DNA of 64,000 bases from Octopus vulgaris (lineage: Eukaryota). Location: NCBI GenBank assembly GCA_951406725.2, contig OX597814.1:2418001-2482000 (forward strand), given 5' to 3'. The notes beneath the pieces are model-generated. The model was not told the DNA's origin. It did no database searches and was given only the letters and a program-made list of their open reading frames with translations. The position numbers and the translations under genes were made by a program. Shown here piece by piece: positions 45,968 through 59,349 of this stretch. Position 1 is the stretch's first letter. Each line of letters starts with the position of its first letter.

Positions 45968-46170
45968 GTATGTATGTAAGTATGTATGTATGTATGTATG
46001 TATGTATGCATGTATGTATGTAAGTATGTATTTATGTATGTATGTATTTATGTGTGTATATATTTATGTATGTATGTGTGTATGTATGCATGTATGTATA
46101 TATTTATGTATGAATGTATGTATGTATTTATGAATGTATGTATGTATGTATGTATGTATGTATGTATATA
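45622..46170. repeat. (TATG)n array
   Basis: Directly visible. Confidence 0.95.
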
Positions 46171-46454
46171 GCTAGCTCTCACATAATTTCCGTCTACGAA
46201 ATTTGTTTCCAAGGGTCATTGTTCACATCCCAGGGCTACAGAAATAGGCACTAGATGAAGGTGGCTTGCAGCGCGATTGAACTTGTAACCAGGCTCTTTC
46301 AGACCGAACTTCGCAACCACACAGACACGGTTGTGCCTATTAGTAACACATCGATAGCCATCTCATTATCGCTATCTCCTGACAGCACTCTTACAGTCCA
46401 ATCAATTATTTATTTTCATTTGTAAATCATCGTAAAGGCGATTTATAAAGATAG

Positions 46455-47220
46455 TGGTAATGATGATGATGATGATGATTATGGTGGTGGTGGTGGTGGT
46501 GGTGGTGGTGGTGGTGGTGGTAGTGGTGATGGGGTAATGACGATGTAAACGATGGTAGCGGCGGTGAGGATGATGATGAGAAGGAAGACGTCCATAAGGA
46601 AGATGACTTCGATGATGATAGAAACGACGACGACGACGACACTGTCGACGCAAACGACGACACTGTCGACGCAAACGACGGCGATGACAATAATGATGTT
46701 GATGATGATGATGTTGACGATGACCATGACGACGACGACGTTGATGATGATGATGATGATGGTGGTGATGGTGGTGGTCAGGGTGGTGGTGATGAGGATG
46801 ATGATGATTACCACAATAGCGATGATGGTGGTGGTGGTGGTGGTGATGGTTGTGGTAGTTGTGGTGATAATGATGATGATGATGGTGGTGGTGGTGGTGG
46901 TGGTAGTGTTGGTGGTGGTGGTTGTAGTAGTGGTGGTGATAATGATGATGATGATGGTGGTGGTGTTGGTGGTGGTGGTGGTGTTGTGGTGGTGGTGGTG
47001 GTAGTAGTGGTGGTGATAATGATGATGATGATGGTGGTGGTGTTGGTGGTGGTGATAGTGTTGGTGGTGGTTGTAGTAGTGGTGGTGATAATGATGATGA
47101 TGATGGTGGTGATGTTGGTGGTGGTGGTAGTGTTGGTGGTGGTGGTAGTGTTGGTGGTGGTGGTTGTAGTTAGTGGTGGTGATAATGATGATGATGATTA
47201 CCACAATGGCGATGATGATG
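46455..47220. repeat. Mixed (GGT/GAT/GAC)n trinucleotide tract with higher-order units
   Basis: Directly visible. Confidence 0.92.
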
Positions 47221-47640
47221 GTTTTCATATTGCCATGAATTTTCTACGGTCAATTTTTTTGCCCCCCAGTGCCGACCTAATAGCCACTCACACCCAGACT
47301 CTTCGAGAACCGTATCAGACTTGGCTCCTCTGCAAGCATAACAGAGACGGGCAAATAAGTCAGCTTCTTTCTCGTCTGCGCTGGCCCCTTTCAGACAATT
47401 GTTACTCACGTATTTTCAAAGTGGACATTACTTGCATCAATCTCATGAGATTAAGAAAAAAGGGTCTGCAATATTGATGGACATTGCCCCATTTCCCTTC
47501 GCAAAAAAATGGAAGTAAATTATCATCGCTACAAGAAGATTTCCACCTCCTCCTACATAAGAATATAAATTTTGCACAAAGAGGGGTTAATATTGAAGGA
47601 AGGGGCCACTGAGGAAGTAATACTTAAATTAAGAATGAAG

Positions 47641-47787
47641 ATTATTTACATTATTTACATTTGCCGGATATTTGTCCTCATCTTGTTTGCTGTTAACACA
47701 ACGTTTCGGCTGATAAACCCTCCAGCCTTCATCAGGTGTCTTGGGGAAATTTCAGACCTGGGTTCTCATTCCTAAAGTATTTTCTGA

Positions 47788-47843
<56 letters not shown>

Positions 47844-48031
47844 TCACTGCTTGGAGTCGAACTCGGAATCTTTTGATCAGTAGCCCGTGCTCTTAACCAC
47901 TACGCCATACGCCCGTGGGCAATTATGGAGTGAATTTTAGAGCACAACAAACAAGAAGAGGACAAATATTGGTCAAATGCAAATAATGTAAATAATGTAC
48001 ATAATTCCTCATCTCTTAAATATAGAACTGG
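47641..48031 (-). mobile_element. Candidate hammerhead-bearing tRNA-SINE with 5'-inverted tail
   Basis: 13-bp TSD ATTAAGAATGAAG (47628-47640 / 48032-48044). A-box 47897-47907, B-box 47853-47864, (AAT)n 47790-47839, HHR 47696-47739. From ~47944 the sequence is an inverted copy of 47641-47693. Confidence 0.82.
47696..47739 (-). ncRNA. Type I minimal hammerhead ribozyme
   Basis: ACAC-CUGAUGA-A-GGCUG-gaggguuuau-CAGCC-GAAAC-GUU^GUGU. Confidence 0.85.
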
Positions 48032-48854
48032 ATTAAGAATGAAGGTTTAAGAAATACGAATGTAACTACTTCGAAAAAATAGCTAAAAAAAAATGTCGTA
48101 TCAATAACTGAGTGTGAGAATATATCTTGCGGTTATAAAATATTCAGAGGAAAGAAGGAAAAATGATAGGAATTTGATCTGCTTGAGAGAGGAGTTTCTC
48201 AATATTCAAGGTATTATATTCGTGTATGCATGTCTGTGTATAGAGAGAAAGGAGGAAAAAATGAGGAAAGAAATAAAGGGAGGGAAAATGGACACGGCCA
48301 TGGTCCAGTGGTTAACGAGTTGCCTTCACAAACATGGGTACCACGTGTTCGATCCCAGTGTAATCTTGAACAAGTGTGTTTTAATAATCATCTTGCATCT
48401 TTGTAAGTTTTCTGAGGTGAAACTATGGAAGCCTATTGGGACTATAATAAGCAAAGCGTTAGGTTTGTCGTGTTTTTGTAGAGTTGATGCTGTTTCCAAT
48501 TGGTGGTTGTGTGAGGATTGAACTGAAAGAATTCAATGTACCTTCAAAGGGACACACACACACAGACAAGCACACCTACATGCACAGACACACACACACA
48601 CACACACACAGACAGACACACACAGACACACACAGACACGCAGACATACACACACACAGACACGCACACAGGCACACGCACACAAACACACGCACACACA
48701 GAGACACACACACAGGTACACACACAGAAACATACACATACATACACACACACACACACTCTCTCTCTCTCACACACACGAAGGCCGATATTAAAATTAC
48801 ATTCAAATTGACTTCAGTGTCTCTGCTTTACACTGTGAATCATAAATATGGCAC

Positions 48855-49990
48855 AACTGAATAAGCACACCTTAAGGCTATCCTTCAGTTACGCGTCCAA
48901 CATTAATGGAATTTTAGCGAGCACCCCTAAGCCGCGAGCAGAGGCTAGATGTTCATGTAGGTTATATAATGACTGCCCAGTAAGGGGGTCGATGTGAAGC
49001 CAAGGGGATCGTACTTGTGGCTGAGGTGGTAGCCGCCACTGGCGACCAGACTAATAGCTTAAACAGCAACAGCACATCTTCCGACAACAACAACGACAGC
49101 AATGACAGCTGTTACGGCGGCGGACGAAATAACAACATAAGCAGTAACGATGCACCCGCCGACAACAGCAACAACAACAACAACGGTAGCGGCGATAGCA
49201 GCGCTTCAAGCGGCAGAGACAATACCAACAGTTATAACGACAGAAGCAGCACCAACTTTGCGGCCGGAAATTGTCGCTACGCCAGAAGCAACAGAACCGT
49301 CAGAATCATGTCCAGGAATATCAGCACCGGCAGCTACTCCAGCAACAGCAACAACGACATAAGATCCGGAAATAACGAAACAAACATCCAATACGCAGAT
49401 ACGAAAATATGTCGGTTCATCTGCACCCCTGATTAAGCAACATCTGAACAGCAATAAGTCCTCTTTTAGGATACCGGAAAGGCGCAACATCACGTCCTTG
49501 GCCAGCCACGTTCGGTGCTTAAAAGCGAATAGAACCCATAAATAATTGAATGGAAGTTACTTGAACAATCAGAGGCTTCTATAAACGGAAGTAAACGTTA
49601 TAAGCTTCGCTAAGCTCAGAGAGCAAGAATCATGTAAAAACTCGCTCTTTTTAAACTCCAGGAAAGAAGTATTTAGCCAATGCCCACATCAAAACCGATT
49701 CCTACTTCAGACTTGGAATTCCCAATTTGATGAATAGTCTCGCCACGGCTCCTTCGAATATTGCTATGGCCGGAGCCGTTGTAAGTGGTTAAAGCCCCTT
49801 ACGCTAACTTCCTCTCGCAACACGGAAAATTATTTTTTGTCTAAAAACCCGCTGCCCGTTACATATTTCTTCCTCCAGTCCTGGAGTTGTTACGCACCCT
49901 CAGTCTGACCATTTCAGTCTGACGAGTTGCCTATATATAATCCTAAAAAATTTGTAGGCACGAAACTACAGTCACTTTATGACCGACTAT
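48855..49990 (+). mobile_element. Neptune-type Penelope-like element 3' part (Cys linker, GIY-YIG, pLTR)
   Basis: LNKHTLRLSFSY..CSCRLYNDCPVRG/RCEAKGIVL..[low-complexity]..KYVGSS (49405)..KSSFR..TSLASHVRCLK..LNSRKEVFSQCPH, with frameshifts. Confidence 0.82.
49916..49976 (+). ncRNA. Type I hammerhead with GUC cleavage triplet
   Basis: AGU-CUGACGA-GUUGCCUA...UAGGCAC-GAAAC-UACA-GUC^ACU at the PLE 3' end, next to (TA)n. Confidence 0.82.
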
Positions 49991-49991
49991 A

Positions 49992-50039
<48 letters not shown>

Positions 50040-50845
50040 AATACATTTATGTAGGTATATATATGCGCTTGTGTGTGCGTGGGTGTATATGTATATATAT
50101 ATATATATGTTTCGACACGTATATATACTATTGAACATTGGGAGGGGCATTATGCCGGGGTAATAATAAACACACGCACTGGCTCGGTCCTTTATTGTTA
50201 TTGTTAGTTAATGGCTTAGTTACTCCGTTAGCCAATTTATCGATTAGCCGTTTTTTAGTAGTTTTTCAAACTCATATTTTAAACATTTGTGGTCATACAG
50301 TTAATCGTTCAAATGTTCACTACATATATGTGTGTATATGTGTATACATATATGCATATATACATATATATAATTTAGACATATTTACATCATGCATGCA
50401 TATATAAGTACGAAAGAAAACATTATTATGCAATTATCTGTTGTTACAAAAATATCATCAAAATTCTAATGCATAAACTTTTCAAGCTTTCCTATATGAA
50501 GCACATGATTACGCGCACACACACTCCAACGCATACACACACATTTAAGCTCACACACACACTGTCGTAAGCATACCTGGAGATGTCTTGAGGTGCATAT
50601 AAAACAGTTAAAATTTACATATATAACAATCACATGGGAGAAGAAATATCACAGTTAAAGTTTGGTAAATATAGAGTTTGTCAACAAATATGTCGGCTGT
50701 ACAGAGGGAAACTGATAACGCAGAAAAATAGGAAAAAATATGAAATTTTCATAAAGTTCCAAAGACAAATTTCAACTGAAGCAACTTATATTTGTATGCG
50801 TGTATGCATTGATGTATGTACGTATTTATGAATGTATGAAAATAC

Positions 50846-50914
<69 letters not shown>

Positions 50915-51022
50915 CATACATACATACATATATACATACATACATGCATATATATACATATATATGTTAGTTAGTTAGTTAATTTTTTGGCTCAAAAAGC
51001 AACGCACACACATGCGCATATA

Positions 51023-51095
<73 letters not shown>

Positions 51096-51537
51096 GTATG
51101 TGTGTGTGTGTAGATAGATAGATATACATATATAGTTGGAATTTACAGAAACATAAATAATTATACATATGTACCTATGTATACATAAATACATATACAT
51201 ATACATATATATATGTGTGTGTGTGTGTGTACATAAGTATATATGTATAATTATTTATGTGTATATTCATATATATATATGTATATGCATACTTGTGTAT
51301 GTGTGTATACGTTTGTGTGAATGTGTGTAAGACAGGAAAGAGGAAAGAGAATTAGCGAATGATGTGACAAGTGAGAGCGAAAATTAAATGCCAAACTGTA
51401 GAAGTTTAAGTAATAAAACTTCGGAATCAAACTGAGAACTGGAAGCGGATGAATTCCCAATTGTTACTTCACACCACCATCGTATACAGACACTTACGCA
51501 CACACAAACACACACTGTATATAAATATATGTATGCA

Positions 51538-51574
<37 letters not shown>

Positions 51575-51612
51575 CTATATATATATACATACATACATAC
51601 ATACATATATAT

Positions 51613-51664
<52 letters not shown>

Positions 51665-51694
51665 CTATATATATATACATACATACATACATAC

Positions 51695-51774
<80 letters not shown>

Positions 51775-51939
51775 ATTTATGTATATATATATATATGGTG
51801 ATGTGGTGATGATTCACTCCGCTGTTACTTTGGTTTTCTCACTTTGTACGATGCTCCGGGCGGCACATTTGTATATGTGTACGTGTGAGTGCCTGGGTGT
51901 GTGTGTGGGGGTTATGAGGCTGTATGTATCTATGTATTA

Positions 51940-52330
51940 TTCTTTTATTTGTTTCAATAATTTGACTGCGGCCATGGTGGAGCACGGCCTTTAGTCGAAC
52001 AGATCGACCCCCGGACTTATTCTTTGTAAGCCTTAGTACTCATTTCTATCGGTCTCTTTTGCCGAAACGCTAAGTTACGGGGACGTGAAAACACTAGCAT
52101 CAGTTGTCAAGCGATGGTGAGGGTACAAACATACACACACACAACATACACACACACACACACACATACACGACTGCCTTTCATTTTCCGTCTACCAAAT
52201 CCACTCTCAAGTTTTTGGTTGGTCTGTGGTTATAGTAGAAGACACTCGTCCAAGGTGCCACGCTGCGGGCCTGAAACCGGAACCATATGGTTGGTATGCA
52301 AGCTACTTACCATATAGCCACTCCTATGCA
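51940..52330 (-). mobile_element. SINE family A
   Basis: Homologous to the other family A copies. Confidence 0.85.
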
Positions 52331-52514
52331 TATATTTATGCGTATATATAAATATATATACATAATAATATAAATAATATATATACATACACATACACAC
52401 ATATATACATACATATGTTTGTATATAAATATGTGTACAAATAGATGTACGACTGCCACTTTCGAGTTTAGGGCTTCACGTAGGTTACCGTACACACACA
52501 CAGACACACACACA

Positions 52515-52549
52515 TGCATACATACATACATACTTACATACATACATAC

Positions 52550-52592
<43 letters not shown>

Positions 52593-52658
52593 CATACATA
52601 CATACATACATACATACATAAATACTTACATACATACATACATACATATATGCATACA

Positions 52659-52689
<31 letters not shown>

Positions 52690-52935
52690 GCATACATACA
52701 TACATACATACATACATACATACATACATACATACATACATACATGCATGCATGCATACATACATATACATACATATACATACATACATACATACATATA
52801 TATACATACATACATACATACGTTCATACATACATACATACATACATACATACATACATACATACATACGTACGTACGTACGTACGTACATACATACATA
52901 CATACATACGTACATACATACATACATACATGCAC
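52515..52935. repeat. (CATA)n array
   Basis: Directly visible. Confidence 0.95.
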
Positions 52936-53075
52936 TCACAGTGTACGTAATATGGTGACTGACTGCTCGCTAAAGAGGTCTTCTTGTACTAATAATTTCT
53001 CTTTCCTAGCGTGAGACCTTGAATGATTTTTGAGCTCTAAATTTTTTTGATGGCTCTGAATTTTTTCAATGGCCC

Positions 53076-53136
53076 GACAACTGAAGAGATGCTGGCGTGG
53101 GTTTCCGGCCCGACATCCGAAACTCGGAGTTTTATC
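53076..53136 (+). ncRNA. Type I hammerhead (slightly degenerate) in a PLE tail ~53000-53238
   Basis: GACAA-CUGAAGA-GAUG...CAUC-C-GAAAC-UCGGA-GUU^UUAUC. Its downstream tail recurs inverted at 26123-26175. Confidence 0.7.
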
Positions 53137-53239
53137 ATGGCTACCGAATAATTGTCACTTATTACATTTACAGATAAATTCCTCTATTTACATAATATCG
53201 AGGTCTCTTTCATTCTTTTGTTTTCTTAACATTTCTATA

Positions 53240-53277
<38 letters not shown>

Positions 53278-53282
53278 CTTTT

Positions 53283-53500
53283 TTACTCTTTTGCTTGTTT
53301 CAATCATTTGACTGTGGCCATGCTGGAACACCACCTTTAGTTGAGCAAATCGACCCCAGGACTCATTCTTTGTAAGCCTAGTACTTATTCTATCGGTCTC
53401 TTTTGCCAAACCGCTAAATTACGGTGACGTAAACACACCAGCATCGGTTGTCAAGCGATGTTGGGTGGACAAACACAGACACACAAACATACGCACACAC
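53283..53500 (-). mobile_element. SINE family A, 3' half
   Basis: Homologous to the other family A copies. Confidence 0.85.
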
Positions 53501-53647
53501 ACACACACACAAGCATACACACTCAGACGCACACACACTCAGACGCACACACACGAAAGCGCGCGCACACACACACACACATATACATAATTACCTATGC
53601 ATGTATCTAGCTAAACCTCTCTTTCTGTACCGACATATATGCCTATG

Positions 53648-53725
<78 letters not shown>

Positions 53726-53844
53726 GTTTGATAGCAAGCCATCTGTGTGTCTGTATGCTTGCCTGTCAATCTCTGTCTCTCTCTCTCTCATAGACACATA
53801 CACACTCACACTCACACTCGTGTAGTCACAGACACACACATATA

Positions 53845-53890
<46 letters not shown>

Positions 53891-54461
53891 CATACATACA
53901 TATAAAGTGCATATTGTATACATACATATGGAATTACATAACTGTTGTATGCGGTAGGGAACATGGTTGGCGGTTAATGAATCTGAAAGAACACAGGAAA
54001 AATATGGGGAGACGGAATTTTACGAACCGATATGTAATCGAGTTTTTTCTATTTATTATTATTATTATTATTATTGTTATGTTTTTTTTTCGAGCATGAG
54101 AAAGAAACCTCCCTAAGTGTTCAGATGTGACATAATAGAGAAACATTTAAGTTAATCTGTGTTCTGATTGTTATTGTTGTTGTTATTGCCTTTGTTTTTC
54201 GTTGTTGATGTTGTTATTGTTGTAGTGTCGATGTTGTTCTTGGAGATGATATTTCAGCTACTTCTCAAAAGCACTTCCGGTCCTCGACTGTCGACTTGTG
54301 TTTATTCAGTGTGTGAGGTCACGGCAATATGATAGGTGTAAAATGGCGCTAACACACAAAATTCACTCAACTCAGCAATTTACTCCATTCTATGTTCATA
54401 TACGATGGCTGCTGATGTTGTTGATGCTGCTGCTGTGGTTGTTACTGATGATGTTGCTGTT

Positions 54462-54823
54462 TGTTTGTTGAGCGAAGTGGTCTTCGTCCCAGAGTGGGAG
54501 AAGTCCGAAACGTGGTTCTTTGCTATTCGTAAGACCCGCAGAAGAGAAAGCAGGTCAACCCCCGACACCGAGAGCATCCACGGATGGATGAATGCGCATC
54601 CAGGCTTAGCGGTTGCGTAGGAGGTCGGAGATAAGAAACAGGAAGAAAGGGTGAGAGAAAGTTGGAGCGAAAGAGTACAACAGAGGTCGCTCCCTGCCGG
54701 AACCTCGTGGAGATTTAGGTGTTTTCGCTCAATAAACACACAAAACGCCCGGTCTGGCAATCGAAACCGCGATCCTCCGACCGCGAGTCCGCTGCCCTAA
54801 CCACTGGGCCATTGCGCCTCCAC
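54462..54823 (-). mobile_element. tRNA-derived SINE: family C head with a different 3' half
   Basis: Head matches 31450-31650; (AAAC)n tail. 13-bp TSD TGATGTTGCTGTT (54449-54461 / 54824-54836). Confidence 0.88.
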
Positions 54824-56784
54824 TGATGTTGCTGTTGATATTGTTGCCACTTCTGATGTTGTTGTTTTAATTCTCGTTGTCTGTCGTTATTGTGTTTACT
54901 TTGTAGTTGCACAGACCGATAATGAAGGACGCTTCTTCCATGACTGTCATTTTCTCTAACATTTAAAACTAAATTCTTTAAACAATCCTTCAGTTTCATA
55001 AGAAGGTAGAATGTATTCTAACGGCAATTTTACTGCTATTCCTAGCGTGTCGACCTCTTTGTTGTTTGACTCCTTCGTTTTTGTTAAAAACTTTAAATTC
55101 ATTTACTGGATGGAACTAACACAGTATAAATTCTCTTCTACAAATATGAGGTCCTCCATCAACAGCAGAAACTATCTTTCTTACCAATAGCAAGGAGTGG
55201 AGCTGGTGGACTGGTTTCAATTTCCAGTTGTCTACAGTTTACACACACACACACACACACTGGAATTACTTTGGTTGATTTGATCGACTGAACACTTCAA
55301 AGTAGAGCCCCAGCATGGCCACTGCCAAATGACTGAAACCAGTAAGATGATAAAAGAGTATGCGTGTGTGTGTGTTTCTGTCTATGTGTGCGTAAATGTA
55401 AGTGTGACTCTCCATTTCACTCTGTTTACGCGTGCGCGTGCTGAAAACCGAAATACGAAATTCAAGTCCGATCACACCCCAAATCACACAAGGTTTCACT
55501 GTTTACAAAACAAAAATCTGTTGTTTCTCTCCGACAACACAGACGAATGTCTCCAATCTCCGTCGTCAGTGAAGCCTGTATTTATAAAAGATTCATTAAA
55601 TACTGTTCGTTTGCTGGAATCTTGTTGCCAGATCCTCTTATATATTGACTAGCCACGAATACTATTAGCAAAATTGGGTCTGTTCAGAGGCTGCCATGTT
55701 TTTTTCTAAATTCGCCTAACATTTTCTGACGAATACGTACAAAGTTCTAAATTCTATGCAAGCCATTTACCATGCTCGATATTGTATATCGGCAATGTAC
55801 AAAATCCTAAATTGTTTGTCATGGGAATTATTTATTAATTAATAAAAATATTAATACAATATAAAGATATTTGCCAACACATACAGCCAGTGTGCTAAAA
55901 AGGAAAAAGTTCAGCGTGTTATACACATGATCTTTTCACTTTTATTTGTTCCAATCATTGGATTGCGACCATGTTTGGATACAGTCTCGAAGGCTTGGGT
56001 GAAACGAAACGGCCCCAGAGCTTGCTTGTTAGAGAGTCTTACTTCTTCTATCAATCACTTTTTTCGAAACGCTAGGTTGCGGTGACGTAAACACACCACC
56101 ACCGGCTCCTGTCAAATGATGAGAAGGGAACAAAGACTAACTCAAATACACACCCATACCCCCTCTCCTACACATATACACACACGACGGGCTTCGTAAC
56201 AGCTTCATTTAACCAAATTGACACAAGCCATTGGTCGACCCGGACCTATATAGGTTACTGGCTCAGGGCACAATGCAGTAAGAATGAATCCGTTTGAAAG
56301 TGAATTTAACCAAATAGCTATGCCTACATCTATTGCTTCTTAACTGCAGAACCATAACTTTATTAATTGAGATGCCGATAAGACAAAACTCAAGACATTC
56401 TTGATGCTTAAATTTATAAATGCAAAATGACATTCCCAAAATGAAAGAGAATCAGGATTAGCTTCAGAATATTAAATATGGCGAGTCTGCGTGGTAAGAA
56501 GTTTGTTTCCCTGCAACATGGTTTGCTTTGCGTGGAAACTCGAGCAAGTGTCTTCTGTTATAGCCTCAGTCCGACCAAAATCGTTTTGAGTGGATTTGGT
56601 AGACGAAAACTGAAAATAGCTCGTTGTATACACACACACACACACACACACGCCTGCATATATATATACATGTATGTATGTGTATATATATATATGTACG
56701 TACGTATGTATATATATATATATATGTATATATGTATGCATATATGTATATGTATATATATGTGTATATCTATATGTATGTATC

Positions 56785-56853
<69 letters not shown>

Positions 56854-56880
56854 GTATACATATATGTATATATATATACA

Positions 56881-57080
56881 CGAGCGGTGCTGAAAATTTC
56901 CTGGTTTTAAGAGTATCGTGGAAGGTTTGGCTGTAGGTCCAGCTTCCCAGTTCTTTTACGGGGTTTAGAAAACCTGAAGGACCGCTGCAATGAGTATGTG
57001 AATTTGGGAAGAGAATATATGGAAGAAAATCATAATTAACTGATTCTTGTCTACTCAATGCCATGAACATTTTAGTACCC
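56881..57080 (+). mobile_element. Mariner-derived MITE
   Basis: Imperfect TIRs (GGTGCTGAAAATTTCCTGG / CCATGAACATTTTAGTACC). Retains the transposase C-terminus [21 protein letters not shown]. Confidence 0.7.
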
Positions 57081-57110
57081 TGTCTCACATATACATGTAC
57101 GCACAGATAA

Positions 57111-57142
<32 letters not shown>

Positions 57143-57152
57143 GATTGTAATA

Positions 57153-57542
57153 TTTATATATATAAAGCTGGAGTTGCCTGTGTGTGGCAGGTTTGATAGC
57201 CTTCAACTAACACTATCTCCTCCAAGACCCTGCGGCGCAAGTTGACCAAAATTGAGAGTATGATAGAAGAAGGCTTGCTCTTCCTTCCGTAGAAGAAATT
57301 CAAATCGGACCATGTTTACACCAAAAATTATTTCCATCAAAAAGGTGCTTTTTTTTTCTATGAAAATCTCTATTTTTTTACTATTTTTTGACTGCTGTGT
57401 CGCCATTTTTCGGTGTATTTCAACCAGAAAAATGTTCACTTAAAGAGAATAACAAGCTACATAATGCAAAATTGTTACTTTTCAAAAATTCCAATTCTAA
57501 AGTGTCGAAACAAACCCGAGCAACGCCGAGCGATACTGCTAG
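57153..57542 (+). mobile_element. Non-autonomous Helitron
   Basis: 3' hairpin + CTAG|T; highly similar to 58772-59165. Confidence 0.85.
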
Positions 57543-57984
57543 TGTTTCTTTAAAACTACATGAATTCAAACCTCTCCAATCTACCTTGATTTAACTAGCG
57601 CTCATTTCTGCTTCACGATGATCTTAATCACATGATCTTTATCACATGACACTGGGCATTGAACGAAATACGGTGAAAATATTCAACAGTAACACTTCCT
57701 GACGTCTCTCTCTCCCTCCCTCTCTCTCTCTCACTCTCTCCAGGTCTTGCATGAAACTGTTTCAGATCTTGTTGGCAGATGTTAGCAGATGGTTGGGTGG
57801 CAGGTGATTATGACGTTTGAAATTCACTTGACACAAGACGACAGTTGTCGGCAAATATTCATGGGATTCTCCAGCAAATAACAATTCACTTTGCAATGCT
57901 TTAACCACTGACAGATGTTCACAGTCGTTTGCGTTCGGTAATGGTTACTTTCGTCTACGCTATGCCTCTCTCTATGCGTGTGTG

Positions 57985-58056
<72 letters not shown>

Positions 58057-58575
58057 TTCGTTTCGTGGATGCGATGGACAGACATATATGTAAACTGCTG
58101 CTGTTACTGACGTCTGATGGTGGCGACGGGGATGTTTTCGTTGTTGGTCGTGGTGCGATGTAGCGGGGGCGGGGTGCGGAATAAAGGTTTCTTACTCGCG
58201 GAAGTTAGAGATTTTGAAGGAAAAAGAAAAGAAAGAAATGAATAAAACATAGAGCGGAATGAGGTAGAGTTAAGAGGAATACATTTCCAAATTTCTGAAT
58301 TTAGAGGTGGTCGAGTTTCTGGTGGAAACTGGATATGTAAAGATCGTCTGCTTTTGGTAATTGTAGTTGGGGGTACGGGGAAAAAATTACCTTCTCCTTC
58401 TTATTCTTTTATTCTTTTATTCTTATTCTTTCGTTTCATTTCCTGTTTCATACTGTGCCAGGTTTGTCTTTGCAGCTTCCATTCCTGTGGTGTTGATAAG
58501 AATCAGTAATAAGCGACCGTTGTTTGGTCACATTATAAAACCTTATATTGTTCAGAGACGAAAGAAACAAATATA

Positions 58576-59334
58576 CAGTGATACCTCGCAGTACGAGTTT
58601 AATTCGTTCCATGGCCGAGTTCGTCTTACGATTTACTCGTTTTAAAAACCAATTTTTTCCATTGAAATTAACTAAAATATAATTAATTCGTCCCAGCCCC
58701 CCAAAACCACTCAAAAATAAAGTTCTATGGGTTTTAAAACAGAACAGGTGTAGTTACAAATAAAATGACAATCTCTGTGTATATAAAGCTGAAGTTGTCT
58801 GTTTATGGCAGGTTTGGTAGCCTTCAACTAATTCTATCTCCTCCGAGACCCTTTGATGCAAGTTGACCAAAATTGAGAATATGATAGAAGAATGCTTGCT
58901 CTTCCTTCTGAGAAGAAAAAAATTCAAATCGGACCATGTTAACACCAGAAATTATTTCCATCAAAAAGGTGCTTTTTTTTCTATGAAAATCCCTATTTTT
59001 TACGATTTTTTGACTGCTGTGTCGCCATTTTTCGGTGTATTTCAACCAGAAAAATATTCACTTAAAGAGAATAACAAGCTACATAATGCAAAATTTTTAC
59101 TTTTCAAAAATTCCAATTCTAAAGTGTCGAAACAAATCCGAGCGACGCCGGGGTGATACTGCTAGTTATAGAAAAAGAGAATGCGAAAGAAATATGTAAA
59201 GTAGTTTTATTAACTGAATTACCTTAAAGATTTGTGTGCTAGTACTGCGGATTTCAGCTCGTATTTCCCGACAAAAATTCGCACGAGTTGTACAGCAAAT
59301 TACTCTGGTGCACTCGTACTGCGAGATTCTATTG
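58576..59334. mobile_element. Tigger/pogo-like MITE interrupted by a Helitron
   Basis: TA|CAGTGATACCTCGCAGTACGAG ... CTCGTACTGCGAGATTCTATTG|TA. Confidence 0.8.
58772..59165 (+). mobile_element. Non-autonomous Helitron
   Basis: A|TC...CCGAGCGACGCCGG...CTAG|T. Confidence 0.87.
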
Positions 59335-59349
59335 TATCTATTTCTGTGA

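Noticed and set aside
49017-49436. Asn/Ser-rich 139-aa ORF as a host gene
   Set aside because: Lies within a frameshifted Penelope-like endonuclease region.
57745-57812. Possible short exon after a polypyrimidine tract + CAG
   Set aside because: The tract is a CT microsatellite, the donor is weak and the peptide is unrecognised.
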